From assembly GCA_951406725.2 (NCBI GenBank), contig OX597819.1, forward strand, positions 39,246,001-39,310,000: DNA of 64,000 nucleotides, written 5' to 3'. The notes below the pieces were generated by a model. The model saw nothing but the letters and a program-made list of their open reading frames with translations, was not told where the DNA came from and searched no databases. This DNA comes from Octopus vulgaris. Its lineage: Eukaryota. The stretch's first letter is position 1; each line of letters begins with the position of its first letter. Below are positions 49,467 to 63,735 of the stretch, piece after piece. The translations under genes were made by a program, and so were the position numbers.

Positions 49467-51790
49467 CTTTCTTTGAGACAGAGATGAATGGAAGTTGCCT
49501 AATCAATCTCCATGTAACTTATTTCCAGAAATAATCATTTTAGGCCTACTGTTTCTCATTGGCTATTCATTGAAGAATGCATTTGCATTTGTGATTATCC
49601 TCTCTCTCATATTCCAAGACTCAACGTTTTTTCTTAAAGTATTCTATCTTAGATATGTAACATTAAGTGATGAGAAGAATTGAGCGTGATTTGAGAAGCT
49701 GATTAACATCAGATGTATTGGTCATCATTATCATCATCATCGTTTAACATCCATCTTCCATGCTAGCATGGGTGGGATGGTACCACAAGAGCTGGCCAGG
49801 CCAAAGCCTACACCAGACTTCTGTGTCTGTTTTGGCAGGATTTTTACAGCTGGATGCCCTTCCTAACACCAACCCCTCAGCAGAGTGGTCAATTAGCGGA
49901 AAATAATATTCATTGTGGTAAACGCAAGAATTTTAATTAATATTACATCATAATGAGGAGGAAAATAATTATTTTATTGATGATTAATTCTGTTAAGAAA
50001 GGTAGGGGAAGTAACCCCAGAAAATGACGAAAATAGAATATGGCTAGTGTTTGTTCCTTAGCAGCATGATGACCATTCTGGATATTTAAAGCAAAGATAT
50101 TATGCATACTAGGTAAATAAGTACATGTCTTGATTGAGAAGAACTTGCAATGACAGTTTTGAGAACATTAGATTTCAGAAACACGTCATAAAAGTTAAGA
50201 TGCATCACAGACTCGTTTTAGCATTAAAAATTTGAGGATTAGTATCTGAAATTAAGTAGCAATTTACTTTTCCTAGTTAATGATTAGAATTTTGTATGGT
50301 ATTCCATACAAACAAGTTCAGTTTGATTAACTGAAACCACATACTGTCACAGAAAAAAAAAAAAAAGATAAACACTACATTGTAAACATAACATTAAAAT
50401 ATTCAAAACTATTTAAAAACATTTTTATGTATTGAATTAACAACACTGAGTACACAACCCACCAAACACAGTATGAAAGCTAAAAATTTTCTATATAAGA
50501 ATATATATTGTAAGTTAGCTGTGAAGGGAATTTTAAGGGTATATACCCTTGTTCTCTGAAAATGGATCTCAGGGTAGTTATACTTTGTCAGAGTCTGCTT
50601 AAATGATTGTTGTGTTGAAGGCACAGGCATGGTTGTGTGGTAAGAAGTTTGCTTCCCAACCACATGGTTTTGGGTTCAGTCTTATTGCATGGCACCTTAG
50701 GCAAGTGTCTACTATAATAGCCCCAGGTTGCCCAAAGCTTTGTGAGTGGATTTGGTAGAGTGAAACTGAAAGAAGCCCATCATATATATTATATGTGTAC
50801 GTGAATTTGTGCATGATATCACAAATGATGTTGGTTTGTTTACTGCCCTGTAATTTAGAGGTTCGGCAAAAAGAGACTGATAGAATAAGTACCAGGCTTA
50901 AAATCAAATAAATTCTGGGGCCAGTTTGTTCAACTAAATCCTTCAATGTGGTGCTGCAGCATGATTGGAAACCAATCACTGAAACAAGTAAAAAATACGA
51001 GTTTGTTGAAAACATTACTTAAATACAATAATTTGTATAATTTTTTTTTTATAGTACAGTGACAGGAGAAAGTGCTGAGTCCATGATCCTTTCTCAAGGA
51101 CTCTGAAACTGTTGGAAGAGAGTTTTCAGTATTCTTGAAACTAGAAACCTAACAAGAAAACTTGTGAGTATTAAGGCAGTGAGCTGGCAGAAACGTTAGC
51201 ACGTCAGGCAAAATGCTTAGCTGTATTTCGTCTGCTGTTATGTTCTGAGTTCAAATTCCGCTGGGATCGACTTTGCCTGTCATCCTTTTGGGATTGATAA
51301 ATTAAGTACCAGTTACGCACTGGGGTTGTTGTAATCGACTTATCCCTTTATCTGTCTCGTCTATGTTTAGCCCCTTGTGGGCAATAAAGAAATAAGAGTA
51401 CTTGTGAGTGACTTCTAGTAAAAGCAACCAAGAACTAGGTCATGTTAAATCTTAGTCCATTGACCACAGAATGAAAATTGCAAGCTCAGTATCACTATCA
51501 TCAGCATTTTACATCCTTTATATTCACTTTCTTTCATGCTTGCATAGGTTGGGCAGATCTCCTTTAGCTCAGCACCCTGCCACTTGGTACTCTTGTGTCA
51601 TCTCCTTGGAGAAATTTAAACTGTTTCTTTTCCTACTTCCTTTCATATTTAAAGTATATAGCAAAGGTTTTCGCCATGGGCAGCACCCCCCCCTCCCTAA
51701 GGGAGTGCTGGGCGTGTCAAAGAGGGCGTTAGGCTCCAGGGAACAGTGTGGTAACAAAATTAACACACTAAATTTTACCTATAGTAGTAA

Positions 51791-52175
51791 TCTTTATATA
51801 TAAAAGTGAAGTTGTGTGTCTGTCTCCTACGATTTAGATTCCTAACTACTCCCACATTTTGCAGTGCAGTGTAACCAAAAGCGGGTATCTTATAGCCGTG
51901 ATTCATATCGAGCCCTTCTGGGTATTAGCATGAGTCTACGATTTAAAAAAAAATTTACCATAATTTTTTCCCATTTTTAATGCATTTTTTTTGCTATTAT
52001 ATAAGGGAAGTAACTCTCTAAAAATGTATTATTAAATCTCAGAACGTAAAAAGCTACAGTAACACCTCCCTTTGTGGTTAGCCATATTGAGATGGCTATT
52101 ATACTTTACATCTCTAAAAATGCTTATATAGTTATTTCCCTTACAAACCCGAGCAACACCGGGCGATACTGCTAG
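51791..52175 (+). mobile_element. Non-autonomous Helitron
   Basis: Inserted between A and T, 5' TCTTTATATATAAAA, 3' hairpin CCCGAGCAACACCGGG then CTAG. Confidence 0.88.
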
Positions 52176-53269
52176 TTATATTATAAATGATAAAAATAGT
52201 AATGGTTATTAAAATAAAATGAAATCTCATCAGGAAGTCATTAACCTGCATTGTATAAGGTAAATTTACAATTTTTGTCTTTATTAAAGGACACATTGGG
52301 ATAACAATGGTCTGGCAACATGGGAGACAAAGCAAATGCCTTTGCCCTTTTCTGTGACTCGTCTCCCACCACCACTAATAGTGATTATAGACGGCATTAT
52401 CATGTAGTAACTATACACTATCCCTCAACTGGACAGGGAGTTGGGTTGATGAGATCCTAGGGATAATGTAATCTTAAATACACTATATTTGAAAGAAAGC
52501 CAGGAAGGTCATAGTTGGAATAGCTCTGATCAGAGGCCTGCTAAGTATGGGCTGACCTGAGGCTAAATAGCCAACTGACCAACACAGAGTAAAGTGGCTG
52601 GTGAAAAGTAACAAAGTAAGCCTGTCTTATTTGTGACTATGTGTTGGATTATGAAAGACCACAGTAAAAAGCAAAATGGTTTAAGCTCTCCTAACCTGTG
52701 CCACCACAGAAAAACAGATGTAAAACTATCAGAGAAAGTGTTTGTAAGCAATGTTATAATTTCATTAATGACCACCAGCACAGTTTCTATGACGTCAGAT
52801 CCACTGGTGGCCAACACTCCTAGGTCTCTCACTAGCAGGTTCTAGTCTAGAAGAAATTTGGTGAAAGCTATGTTCTTGCCCTTGACATCAGCTAAGCTTT
52901 CATCTATATTTGGCATGCAAATCTCTTATAAAAACTGTTTATTTGCTCACCTTTCTCGTATCTTAGATTTATAGCATCTTCATCACATCATCGTATTGCA
53001 GCACTGGACAGATTTCTCTTTCTCTTCTCTAGTGTGCCCTACCTTTAAGCACAAGCACACGACCAGAGCCCTCACCATTGCGCCAAATATTAGGTTTCAC
53101 TATCACTGAAGATCTGCATGCAAACAACCAACCCTTCTCTTCAGGCTCAGCTGATACTTCAGCCCTCAACAATTGCTGACTATCTTTGAAACTCAGGTGA
53201 GGCACACTACTAGGTATTGTTCCCACATCTGGGACAGTGCTGCTGAGTACAAGCCACCCAACTGATTGG

Positions 53270-53545
53270 TATTAAGTCACTCAGACATGTTCCATCCTCT
53301 AGCTTAAAGACATGCTGTATTCTTCCTACCTCTACTCCTTGGATTGGGCCTATGCCATGTCATTCCTAGTACACTCCAAACATTCTTGTTGTGTCCAACT
53401 TACCAAGATCTGTACTAAGTACTATATCCAGTCACAGACTGTCAGTCCAGTGGAATTTCCACCCTGTTCATATCTTTCCCCTCAGATGTCATATTGCAAT
53501 GATTCAAAGGGGAACAGTAATATCAATCTTACCAATCTGTTTTCC
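53270..53545 (+). mobile_element. Old CR1/Jockey-like LINE 3' remnant
   Basis: Frameshifted CVQL..., WNFHPVHIFP resembles the WNSLP..FP C-terminal motif. Confidence 0.4.
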
Positions 53546-56500
53546 ACGTTCACATTATGGTGCAACAGCATTAATGTATTAATTTCTTTATAACTAAACA
53601 TCACCATCAATATTTAACACTTTAACATTCAGATTACTCTGTCAAATGTGAGAGCAGCTGACTGGCTTCCATGCCGGTAGCATGTGAAAAGACATTCAAG
53701 CAAGGTCATTGCTAGTGCTGCCGGACTGGCTCCTGTGCATGTGGCACATAAAAAACACCATTGGAGCATGGCTGTTGCCAGTACCACCTGACTGGCCCTC
53801 ATGCCAGTGGCATGTAAAAGCACCCACTACACTCTTGGAGTGGTTGACATTAGGAAGGGCATCCAGCTGTAGATACTCAGCCAGATCAGAATGGAGCCTG
53901 GTGCAGCCATCTGGTTCGCCAGTCCTCAGTCAAATCGTGCAACCCATGCTAGCATGGAAAGCAGACGTTAAACAATGATGATTATGATTATCTCATAACC
54001 TTGAGATTTCAATCATGTGATTGTTTATTTTTAGAATGTCAAAGTAGGGTAGGTATGAGAGGTTGGACCTGGCCAGTTTGAACAGAAAGCAGATACAATA
54101 TTTGGGCCGGACATGCCCCATTTAAGTACTAAAGGGTTAATGTTTGCTTTCCATGCTGGCATGGGTTGGATGGCTTGACTGAAACTAGCAAGGCCAGTGG
54201 GGCTGCACCAGGTTGCATAGGATTTTGGCTTGGTTTCTTCATTTGGATACCATTCATAATGCCAACCACTACACAGTGTGTACTGGGTGATTTTGATGTA
54301 GTACCAGCACCCACACCAATGCTTTTTATAGAGTAACTTGGTTTTAGGATCTTAATTGTTGTAGTGGGCAGGTATTCTCAAGTATATTCTTTAAACCTAT
54401 TACTTGTTTCTGTCATTTGACTGTGGCCATGCTGGAGCACCACCCTGAAGGATTTTAGTCAAAGAAATTGACTCCAGGACTTTTTAAAGCCTAGTACTTA
54501 TTCTATCAGTCTCTTTTGCCAAAATCCCTATGTTACAGGGATGTATGGGAGACAAACACATACAGATATATACATATATATATATTACAGGCTTCTTTCA
54601 GTTTCCATCTACCAAATCCACTCACAAGGCTTTGGTCAGCCTGAGGTATAGAAGACACTTGCTCAAGGTGCCACACAGTAGGACTGAACCCAGAACTATG
54701 TGGTTATATATGTTGGGCTTCTTTAGTTTCTGTCTACCAAATCTACTCACAAGACTTTGTTAAGGCCGAGGCTATAGAAGACACTGGTCTGAGGTACCAC
54801 ACAGGTACTGCACCTATATATATATATAACCCATGCCAGCATAGAAAGCAGACATATGATGATGATGATGATGAGAGATAGAGAGAGTGTGTAGTTTGTG
54901 TACATTTATCTTTTAGTAGTTATGCAAATGGTTTTATATCAATATCTTTGTAAACAGTCTACTGCAGCCTTGTGAGTGATGGAAAGTATGATAACCTGTA
55001 AGAAGGATTGTTCCTTCTGTTGAGTGGCAAACTTAATTCATCACCTGGTTTATCACACCAAAATGCTCTTGGATGCTTTAAGGTCTACATTGTTGCAAGC
55101 ATTTGGACCAGCTCTCCAGTCAATTCAGAAGATAGGAATGGTGATTTAGTCTAGTGTTAGTGGTAACTCAGAAATATTTTTCATTAATTTGCAAAAAAGC
55201 ACAAACAGATGTAGAAAACCCTTAATTTAAAGATTCAATTTATAACAAGTGTGATAAAATATAGTATTTCTCTTTCAAGCATATGTTACACAATATCCCA
55301 GTCATTGTGTCCATGTCTGGCCATGTCTTGTGTCTCTCTCTAGAGAAATTCATTATTTTCCCAGGTTTGCTACCTCAAAGAGCCAAAACATTGGTATAGT
55401 TAGCTTTAACCATTTAGTGCTTGGGTTGTTTTGAATTAATCATTCATTATAATGTTGCTTCAAGATTTTGATGATGTAATGGCTTATTTTTAGAATGACA
55501 TTAAAGTATAGGTGTGAGAGGCCTGATCTAGCCAGCTTAAATATTAAACAGGTAGATTATTTAGGCTGGATATGGTCAGTTGAATGCTAAAGGGTTCGAA
55601 CTGTGTTCTCAGAGTGACTCATGTAGAAAGTTGTTTGCATACTGGCAACAAGATTTCTATAATTTACTGCTATCATTTGTAGAACTTCAACAAGTTTTTA
55701 ATTTGAAAGCATATCAGAATTTCAGTTTAATTTCTGGCCCAGGCAGTGCATTGTGTTCTTAAGTAAAACATTTCATTTTACATAGTTCCAGGTCTACTGA
55801 GCTGTAAATGAATCCCAGCAATAGCTGGGAAGTTAACTTTGTGCAGGACCAGTGCCCTGTTCAGGAGGCAGGGATCTCAGTTACTTATACACAATGGAAA
55901 CTTAGTTAAGTTTTGGTCTAATGAGTCTGAGGGTCCATGACAGCGAACTAACTTCATGAATAATGCCGGTACATCCAACTTTCCCAACTTGAAACCTTAT
56001 TTTAACATGGATTCTGTAATACGAAACCTATTGACTCACTGACTTTCATATAAGTATCCTCCATATAACATGGAAATCAAAGGATTTTGTTTTACAAAAT
56101 TGCATATAACACAAAGGTTTCACAAATAAATGTTTCTGTAATGTGGAAGGATACCAATATTCAGTATGGAGAAGATGGCAAACTAGCAAAATCATTATCC
56201 TGCAAAATGCTCAGCAGTATTTTGTCCACCTTCTTACTCTTTTACTTGTATCAGTCATTTGACTGTGGCCATGCTGGAGCACTGCATTTAGTCGAGGAAA
56301 TCGACCCCCAGGACTTGTTCTTTGTAAGCCTAGTACTTATTCTATTGGTCTCTTTTGCCGAACTGCTAAGTTATGGGGATGTTAACACACCACCATCAGT
56401 TGTCAAGCAATGTTGGGGGGACAAACACAAACATATATATATACGACGGGCTTCTTTCAGTTTCCATCCACCAAATCCACCCACATGGTTTGGTCGGCCC

Positions 56501-57129
56501 AAGGCTATAGTTGAAGACACTTGCCCAAGGTGCCACGCAGTGGGAATGAACACGGAACCATGTGGTTGGTAAGCAAGCTACAAAATTTCACTGAGGTTGG
56601 CTTTACCTTTCATCCTTTCAAGGTCAATAAAATAAGTACCAGTTGAGTGGGGGCGATGTAATTGACTTACTCTCCAGAAATTGCTGGCTTTATGCCAAAA
56701 TTCGAAATCACTGTTTTAGTATGGAGAACACTTACACCTGGTACTTTCCCGAGCCATACTGATTGTGTATATACATATTTGTGCATGTGTTATCACTGTA
56801 CTATGTTGAGGAGATTTGAAAACAAATTTTTTAAAGGCAATATAATGAATAAAATAAATTATAAAATGAAGAAATATTTATTGCATGAGAAAAAAATGTG
56901 CGAGAGAGAAAAAGAGAGAGAGAGAGAGAAGCTGATGAGGAGGTGGTGAAAAAAAGGATAGGAATGAGAAAAACTTGAGTTCATGACAATTTGATGATAT
57001 TCTGACTATCTGGTCTGTATAGAAAGGATCTTGAGGATATGAGAAGTCTAGGTTGATTGATATAAAAATAATAATAATAATATTTAAAAAATTGGTTTGA
57101 AAAATAAAAAAAGTAGAAATAAATAAAAA

Positions 57130-57185
57130 CTATTTTCTTCTTTGGAACACATTTCCCCGACCTCCACGACCTCGGCCTCGAGCAG
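57130..57185 (-). CDS. SNRPD3: Small nuclear ribonucleoprotein Sm D3, last coding exon
   Basis: Acceptor cttttatttcatttcag, then phase-1 (A)ARGRGRGGRGNVFQRRK*, matching the conserved Sm D3 C-terminus (human AARGRGRGMGRGNIFQKRR). AATAAA at 56882-56877. Upstream exons not found in the window. Confidence 0.85.
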
Positions 57186-57384
57186 CTGAAATGAAATAAA
57201 AGAGGAAGATTATAAAACAAGTATAAAATATACAAATGGAAGTTATATCAATAAAAGACACCTTAATGCTTATTATGTAAAAGTCTGAATGGTTTAGAGT
57301 TCCAAAGTTGTTAAGTGACAATTCTCTATATCAGTAGAAACAGCCTTGGTGAGTTCAGTGTAAATAGTTTCTGGTTAGTTTTGT

Positions 57385-57613
57385 TTAACCCTTTAGTGTT
57401 CACATTATTCTGCTAAAATTAATGCCTTTTCATCCACATTGTTTTGAACTAATCATGAATTATCTTGTATCTGTGAGATTTTGATGAGGTAGCTGTTAAT
57501 TTTTAAAACGATATTGTAGGGCTGGTATGAGAGACCAGATCTGGCCAGTTTAAGCATAAAATAGGCAGAATACTTTTGGCCGGATATGACCGGTTTAATT
57601 GCTAAAAGGTTAA
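57385..57613. mobile_element. piggyBac-like MITE, second family
   Basis: TTAA-CCCTTTAG ... CTAAAAGG-TTAA. Relatives at 4755-4885, 53614-54140 (interrupted), 55406-55597, 60827-60991, 61235-61410. Confidence 0.78.
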
Positions 57614-59476
57614 ACAGACTTATGACAAAAGTAACCAATTGTATATTTTCAAATTCAGCACCCCAAATATGAAGATATGGTTTTCATTTTAAATTTGAGT
57701 TGAACTTCATTCTTATGTTCTGTCCATTCATTTTTACCTTTTACTGGCAGTGAATTTGCAAAAAAAAACCCCAAAAAACCCCCACTGATGCTGTATCTAA
57801 TAAGCTAAGTGAGCACTGTGATAATAAACAGAACATCTCCATACTAATAGGTGATGTGATGACAAATATGTAACATAGCTACATGAGGATGAGTGCTGTG
57901 ATGACAGATACAGAACACTACCATACAGTTTTTAGATTAAATAGTGAGTGATAAAGGAGTATGAAGACTTTGTTGTTGATCTCTAGGTCAGCAATGATCA
58001 AAGACATTCCAGCCAGGACCATCCTATCATTTTTTTTTTTACAGGTATCTAGGGTTACATCATGCAACCTTCTGCTTTATTTTTAAGACAGTGGAATGTG
58101 TTTTGAGGGAGATTCAACTACCATGTTTAGTAGGTACAGTGATTGTGTGAAGAATCACCCCGTTGGCTTATACTTTGCTTTGTTGCTTGGTGGGGGTCAA
58201 TAAATGATCATTCTAACCAAAGTTGTGTGATGACCAAACATTATAACACCCTTTTATTTACATGCCGTGCAAACAGTGACACGAGGAACAACTTTGCTTG
58301 TATAAACAGTATAGAGTAATATCGTCATGGAGACCTTATACACTATCATATATAATGGGAGCACTATTATGGTTTGCATTGATCCATGTAATATCTATTT
58401 TTTCTTTTTATGGTGGCATGAATTAGATGGAGGGTTACTCGGAGGCATGATTTTTCAGCTGGATACACTTCTTGTCACAAATGCTTATCTGTTTTCAAGT
58501 AAGGGATTTTTTCTTTTATTCCAAAGGTCTTTAAAGGCATGGAACAACCAGTGATAATGTCCCCATTCACATGTGTATGTCTATGTTATATGTGTGCACA
58601 TGAAGGCAGCGAGCTGGCAGAAACGTAAGCACGCCAGGTAAAATGCTTAACAGAATTTCATCTGTCTTTATGTCCTGAGTTCAAATTCTACCGAGGTCAA
58701 CTTTGCCTCTCACCCTTCCGGGGTTGATAAATTAAGTACCAGTTGTGTACTGGGGTCGATCTAATTGACCGCCCCCCCCCTCCCTGAAATTTTGGGCCTT
58801 GTGCCTATAGTAGAAAAATGTGTGTGCACGTGTTTATTCATGGTTCACATCACATTTTCTATATTCATATGACGTGGATGATTTGGGGAAAATGTGTAAA
58901 GTCCCATATTGTCAAAACAATTGAACTTTTTAACTTTGAAACAGTCTTTTCTACAATCAGGTGTACATTTATTTAAGTGTGTGTGTGTATGTATGTGTTT
59001 CATTCTTGCCTTACTGGCAAGAGCACCATTCAAGCGTGATCGTTACCAACGTTGCCTTACTGGCACCTGTGCTGGTGGCATGTGTGAAAAGATTTGAGTG
59101 AAGTCGTTGCCAGTACCGCCTGACTGGCCCCTGTGCCAGTGGCATGTAAAAAGCACCTACTACACTCTCGGAGTGGTTGGCGTTAAGAAGGGCATCCAGC
59201 TGTAGAAGCTCTGCCAAATCAAGATTGGAGCCTGGTGCAGCCATCTGGTTCGCCAGCCCTCAGTCAAAATTGTCTAACCCATGCTAGCATGGAAAGCGGA
59301 CATTAAACGATGATGATGATGATGATAAGTGTATGTATAAGCATGTATGTATCATCATCATTTAACATCCATTTTCCATGCTGGCATAGGTTAGATGGTT
59401 TGACTGGAACTGGTAAATTGGACAGCTGTACCCGACTCCAGTCCTATTTGGCTTGGTTTCTACAGCTGGATACTCT

Positions 59477-59513
<37 letters not shown>

Positions 59514-60368
59514 GACTGGATTCTTGCAGTTTCTTTCAACCAAATTCCTCTACAAAGTATTAGTTGGCCCTAGCAGAAGAGACTTATCCAAGGCACCAAA
59601 GTGAAACCAATCCCAAAGCTGACCATAGTGGAATCTGAACTCAGAATGTAAAGAGCCAGAAATGTCACTAGACAATCTATTCTACAAGCTTAATAATAAT
59701 GGTTTCAAATTTCGGCACAAGAACCAGCAAGGTTGGGGAAGGAGTAAGTTATTACATCAACCCCAGTGTTCAACTGGTATTTATCTTAGCAACCCCTAAG
59801 AGGATGAAGATAATGCAAAATAATAACAAACCAGAATAGCTATAATGATTATGGAAAGACAGACTAGTAAAAATGACATTATCGAGTCTAAGTAAAAGTA
59901 TGTCATTTGTATTCTCTCTATCGTTAATTAACAAACTAATTAATGTTTAATAAAGTTGATTAAATTAAACTTAATGTTTACTGACTGATTTTAATTATTA
60001 CCCATCTACCCCGCCATCCTTCCCACTTCTTTTTATTAGTCGCTATATATACAAGAGACAGCTGGCATTTAGAGTAGAAAAGATCAACGTTGGAGAATTT
60101 ATCAAAGACAAAAGTTATTATTGAGAAGATGGCATTTGACTTTTCATCTGATAATGAAACTTTGAATAAGCCTGCAGGTGGGAATAACAGAAAGAAAGAA
60201 AGAAAGGAAAAAAGGCCAAAAGTAAAAAAAAAAAAAATAGATGAGCAGTTTTAGAAAGGTTATCCCTTTCAGGTCTTCGATTATTTTGCAAAATAAAATT
60301 GAATGAAAAGTGTTGAGAATATCAGTGTAATTGATATTCTGATAGCCTTTGGAAGAAGAGAGAGCTGA

Positions 60369-60392
60369 TGTGTGTGTGTGTGTGTGTGTGTA

Positions 60393-60466
<74 letters not shown>
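60369..60466. repeat. (TG)n(TA)n microsatellite
   Basis: Direct reading. Other long (TA)n runs at about 20484, 30650, 36154 and 39560; (ATCT)n at 36580; (GA)n at 39870. Confidence 0.95.
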
Positions 60467-60467
<1 letters not shown>

Positions 60468-63333
60468 CATTAAAGTCCACGTAGAAAAATAAAATGAAAA
60501 TCACACATTTATTAATTCAAAATCAATGAAGAAGCTACATAGACACTCTTATTCAGGATGGTAATGTCACCAAGTTTGCATCACAGTAACAAACAAGTCC
60601 AACTTCTATTGAATTTTTAGAACAAGGTGAGTACTTTCAATAAAGTTTATTATTAGCACAGGTTAGTCAGTTTCAAAGCACAATAATGCTGTGCAGTAAC
60701 CGTGGCAAGCATTTAACTCTCACTGGCTCAGTCTAACCAAGTTGTAGATAGAAACTATGCAGAGGTTTGATTAATGCTCAGCTCAAATCTACCCCAGAGT
60801 AGCAGGAATATTATTAGAACACTGGATTAACCCTTTAGCATTCAAACCAGTCATATCAGGCATCTCACACCTACCCTACAATGTCATTCTAAAAATTAAT
60901 GAGCACATCATCAAATTTTCAAAGCTACAAGTATGATTAATTCAAAACAATGTGAATAAATAAGCATTACATCTGAATGCTAAAGAGTTAGATACCTAAC
61001 TGCATATTTTGTCTAAATTCTGCATAATTGGTTGACTTTGCCTTCAATTGCTCAAGGCTTATATTAACCAGTCATATTCTAAGTTTATATTAATTTTCAA
61101 ATTTGTATCCTCGCAGCAATGCAAGGGATGATTACCAGTTTTGTTGCATCAATAGAGATCAATAACTCTATAGAATCCAAATTATTCTGCCGAATTTAAT
61201 GCTTATATACTCAGTTTTTAATTAATCAGGTATTATCCTGCAGTTTCAATATTTCGATGATGTGATTGTTTATTTTTTGAATGACATGGTAGAATAGCTG
61301 CGAATAGCTTTTGAATGACATTGTAGAATAACCAGATCTGGTTAGTTTGAGCACAAAACAGGTGGAATATTTGGGCCAGATATGGCCAATTTGACTGCTT
61401 ATGGGTTAAACTGTTAAAGAATGATGTCAAGTATTTGGTGTGAGTGAGTGGTGGTGGGGTACTATACATTCGTGGATTTAGACCTTTCAGGTTTTTTTGC
61501 AACATCAGTATCACAAAGATGTGGCATAAGAAAACACTAGGCCCTTCTGTTTTTTTAAAACCCTATTTTTTCTTAATGACTTCATCAAAGGATGAAAGGT
61601 AGCACATTGAAACTGGTGGGAGGAAATTATATACTCAGACTGAAGCTGTGACTTGAATGAATGTGACGAAAGAAATTCAAAGGGCGAGGTGGTATAGACA
61701 CAGTTTCTGCCAAACAGATTTCATTCAGAAGGCTTTGTTCAACCAGATGCTGCACAGGGGTAGTGAACCTGATACTAGGTAGTAGTGAAGTAAAACTCTT
61801 TAGCCCTTTTGATACCAACCTACTTGAGACCACCTCAATTCTATGACAAAAAAAAAAAAAAATCTTACTCTTTTACTTGTTTCAGTCATTTGACTGTGGC
61901 CATGATCGAGCACTGCCTTTAGTCGTGCAAATCGATCCCAGGACTTATTTTTTGTATGCCAAGTACCTATTCGGTCTCTTTTGCCGAACTGCTAAGTAAT
62001 GGGGACGTAAACACACCAGCATCGCTTGTCAAGCAATGTTGGGAGGACAAACACACACACACACAAATATACGATGGGCTTCTTTCAGTTTCCATCTACC
62101 AAATCCACTCACAAGGCTTTGGTTGGCCCGAGGCTATAGTAGAAGACACTTGCCCAAGATGCCACGCAGTGGGACTGAACTTGGAACCATGTGGTTGGTA
62201 AGCAAGCTACTTATCACACAGCCACTCCTAATGATTCAAATTAAAACCTTCCACTAAAGTGTCTAGTTAATTTATGCTCTGAACACCAACTTAATGACTG
62301 TCTTTATTTTTGAAATTAATTGAAACAAAAGCAGTACATCTCAACAAGAATATGGTAATGAAAGGGCTAATCACACAGCCATGCCCGGATCCAATTAAGC
62401 CTTGTAGGGTAGAACCTGTTTCACTGGCTCTACAGAATGCAAGGTGTTAAATTGTCTCAACCAACTCTATAAAAAGAACATTGCAGCAACAATAACAACA
62501 ACAATAGCAGCAGCTGCTGCCCCTGCTTGCAAAGGAGTTCTATGTCGCTAGTATAAATCATAATTGCTTAACAGGACATAACAACAAATCAACAAGTAAT
62601 TTATTAACCATCAAGTCAATAAAAGGTAATAAATGAGTGGTAGTACTTTACAATGTGAATAAAAAAGAAAAATGTACAATAAAAAAGTATTAGTCAGTAA
62701 CAAATTAAAAACTCGTAAAGAATCTAGGAGAAACTATGACATACTAAAATACTAAGATCGCTACTTATTAAGTGATGATACAAACTGGGATACAGTATTT
62801 ACAAAAATCTTACAAACCGGTATGTAAGTGTGTGTGTGGGGGGGTCTACTCCTTATTGCTACTTGATAACTCGTATATATTCTTTTACTTATTTTAGTCA
62901 GTTGACATCAGCCATGCTGGAGCACCGCCTTGAAGGGTTTTAGTTAAGCAGATCGCCCCAGGACTTATTTTTTAAGCCTAGTACTTGTTCTATTGATCTC
63001 TTTTGCCAAACCGCTAAGTTATGGAGGTGTAAACACACCAGCACCAGTTGTCAAGCAGTGATAGGGGGACAAATATTGATAGGGGAACATACATAGATAT
63101 ACACACATACATATATATGTGCTATAGAAAATTAGTAATAATGGTACACCCCTCCCATGTGACAAGTGGAATGAGCCTGTTACTATAAGTAAGGTGACGT
63201 CAGCCAGTATCGAGTGTATGTAGAGTACCCAGAGTGCATGTTAGAACGTGTTGTTAGTAGAGTCTGTACTGATCTAGTAATTATACTGTGATATTGAGTA
63301 GGCATTATGATGATCCAAACTTTTGAGGATATT

Positions 63334-63735
63334 CTACTATATGGCTCAGAAACCTGGACATTATCAAAGAAGATTGAGAGGCGGTTGGATAGAACCTACA
63401 CTCGCCTCCTTATGAGAACTCAAAATCTCTCGTGGAAGCATCATCCAACCAAAATGCAAATATATGGGAAACTACCACCTGTGTCATCTCTTGTGAAAGG
63501 TAGGAGAGTCCAGTTTGCTGGACATTGTTGTAGAGCTGAAAACGAGGCAATTTCTACTCTTCTCCTCTGGAAGCCATCTACTCGCAATACCAGAGGGCGC
63601 ACACTCTCCTACCCTGATGTAATCTCCAGGGATACAGGCATCCAGCAACAGGACCTCCGTAATGCTACGATGGACCGTAAAGTCTGGCGTAGCATAGTAA
63701 ATTCCATTGTCTCGACCATGGTCGAACAATGATGA
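63334..63735 (+). mobile_element. RTE-X-like LINE, 5'-truncated
   Basis: LLYGSETWTL...FAGHCCR, (TGA)n tail, 12-bp TSD TTTGAGGATATT at 63322-63333 and 63736-63747. Confidence 0.9.

Noticed and set aside
53033-53196. Plus-strand exon with good splice sites
   Set aside because: Stops in all three frames, and it adjoins an old LINE remnant.
56087-56572. 161-aa ORF
   Set aside because: Mostly the antisense frame of SINE family A; the same peptide recurs at 14771, 30307, 50599 and 61956.
57850-57960. GTGATGA motifs suggesting a C/D snoRNA in the SNRPD3 intron
   Set aside because: Wrong strand for that host, and no D box or terminal stem.
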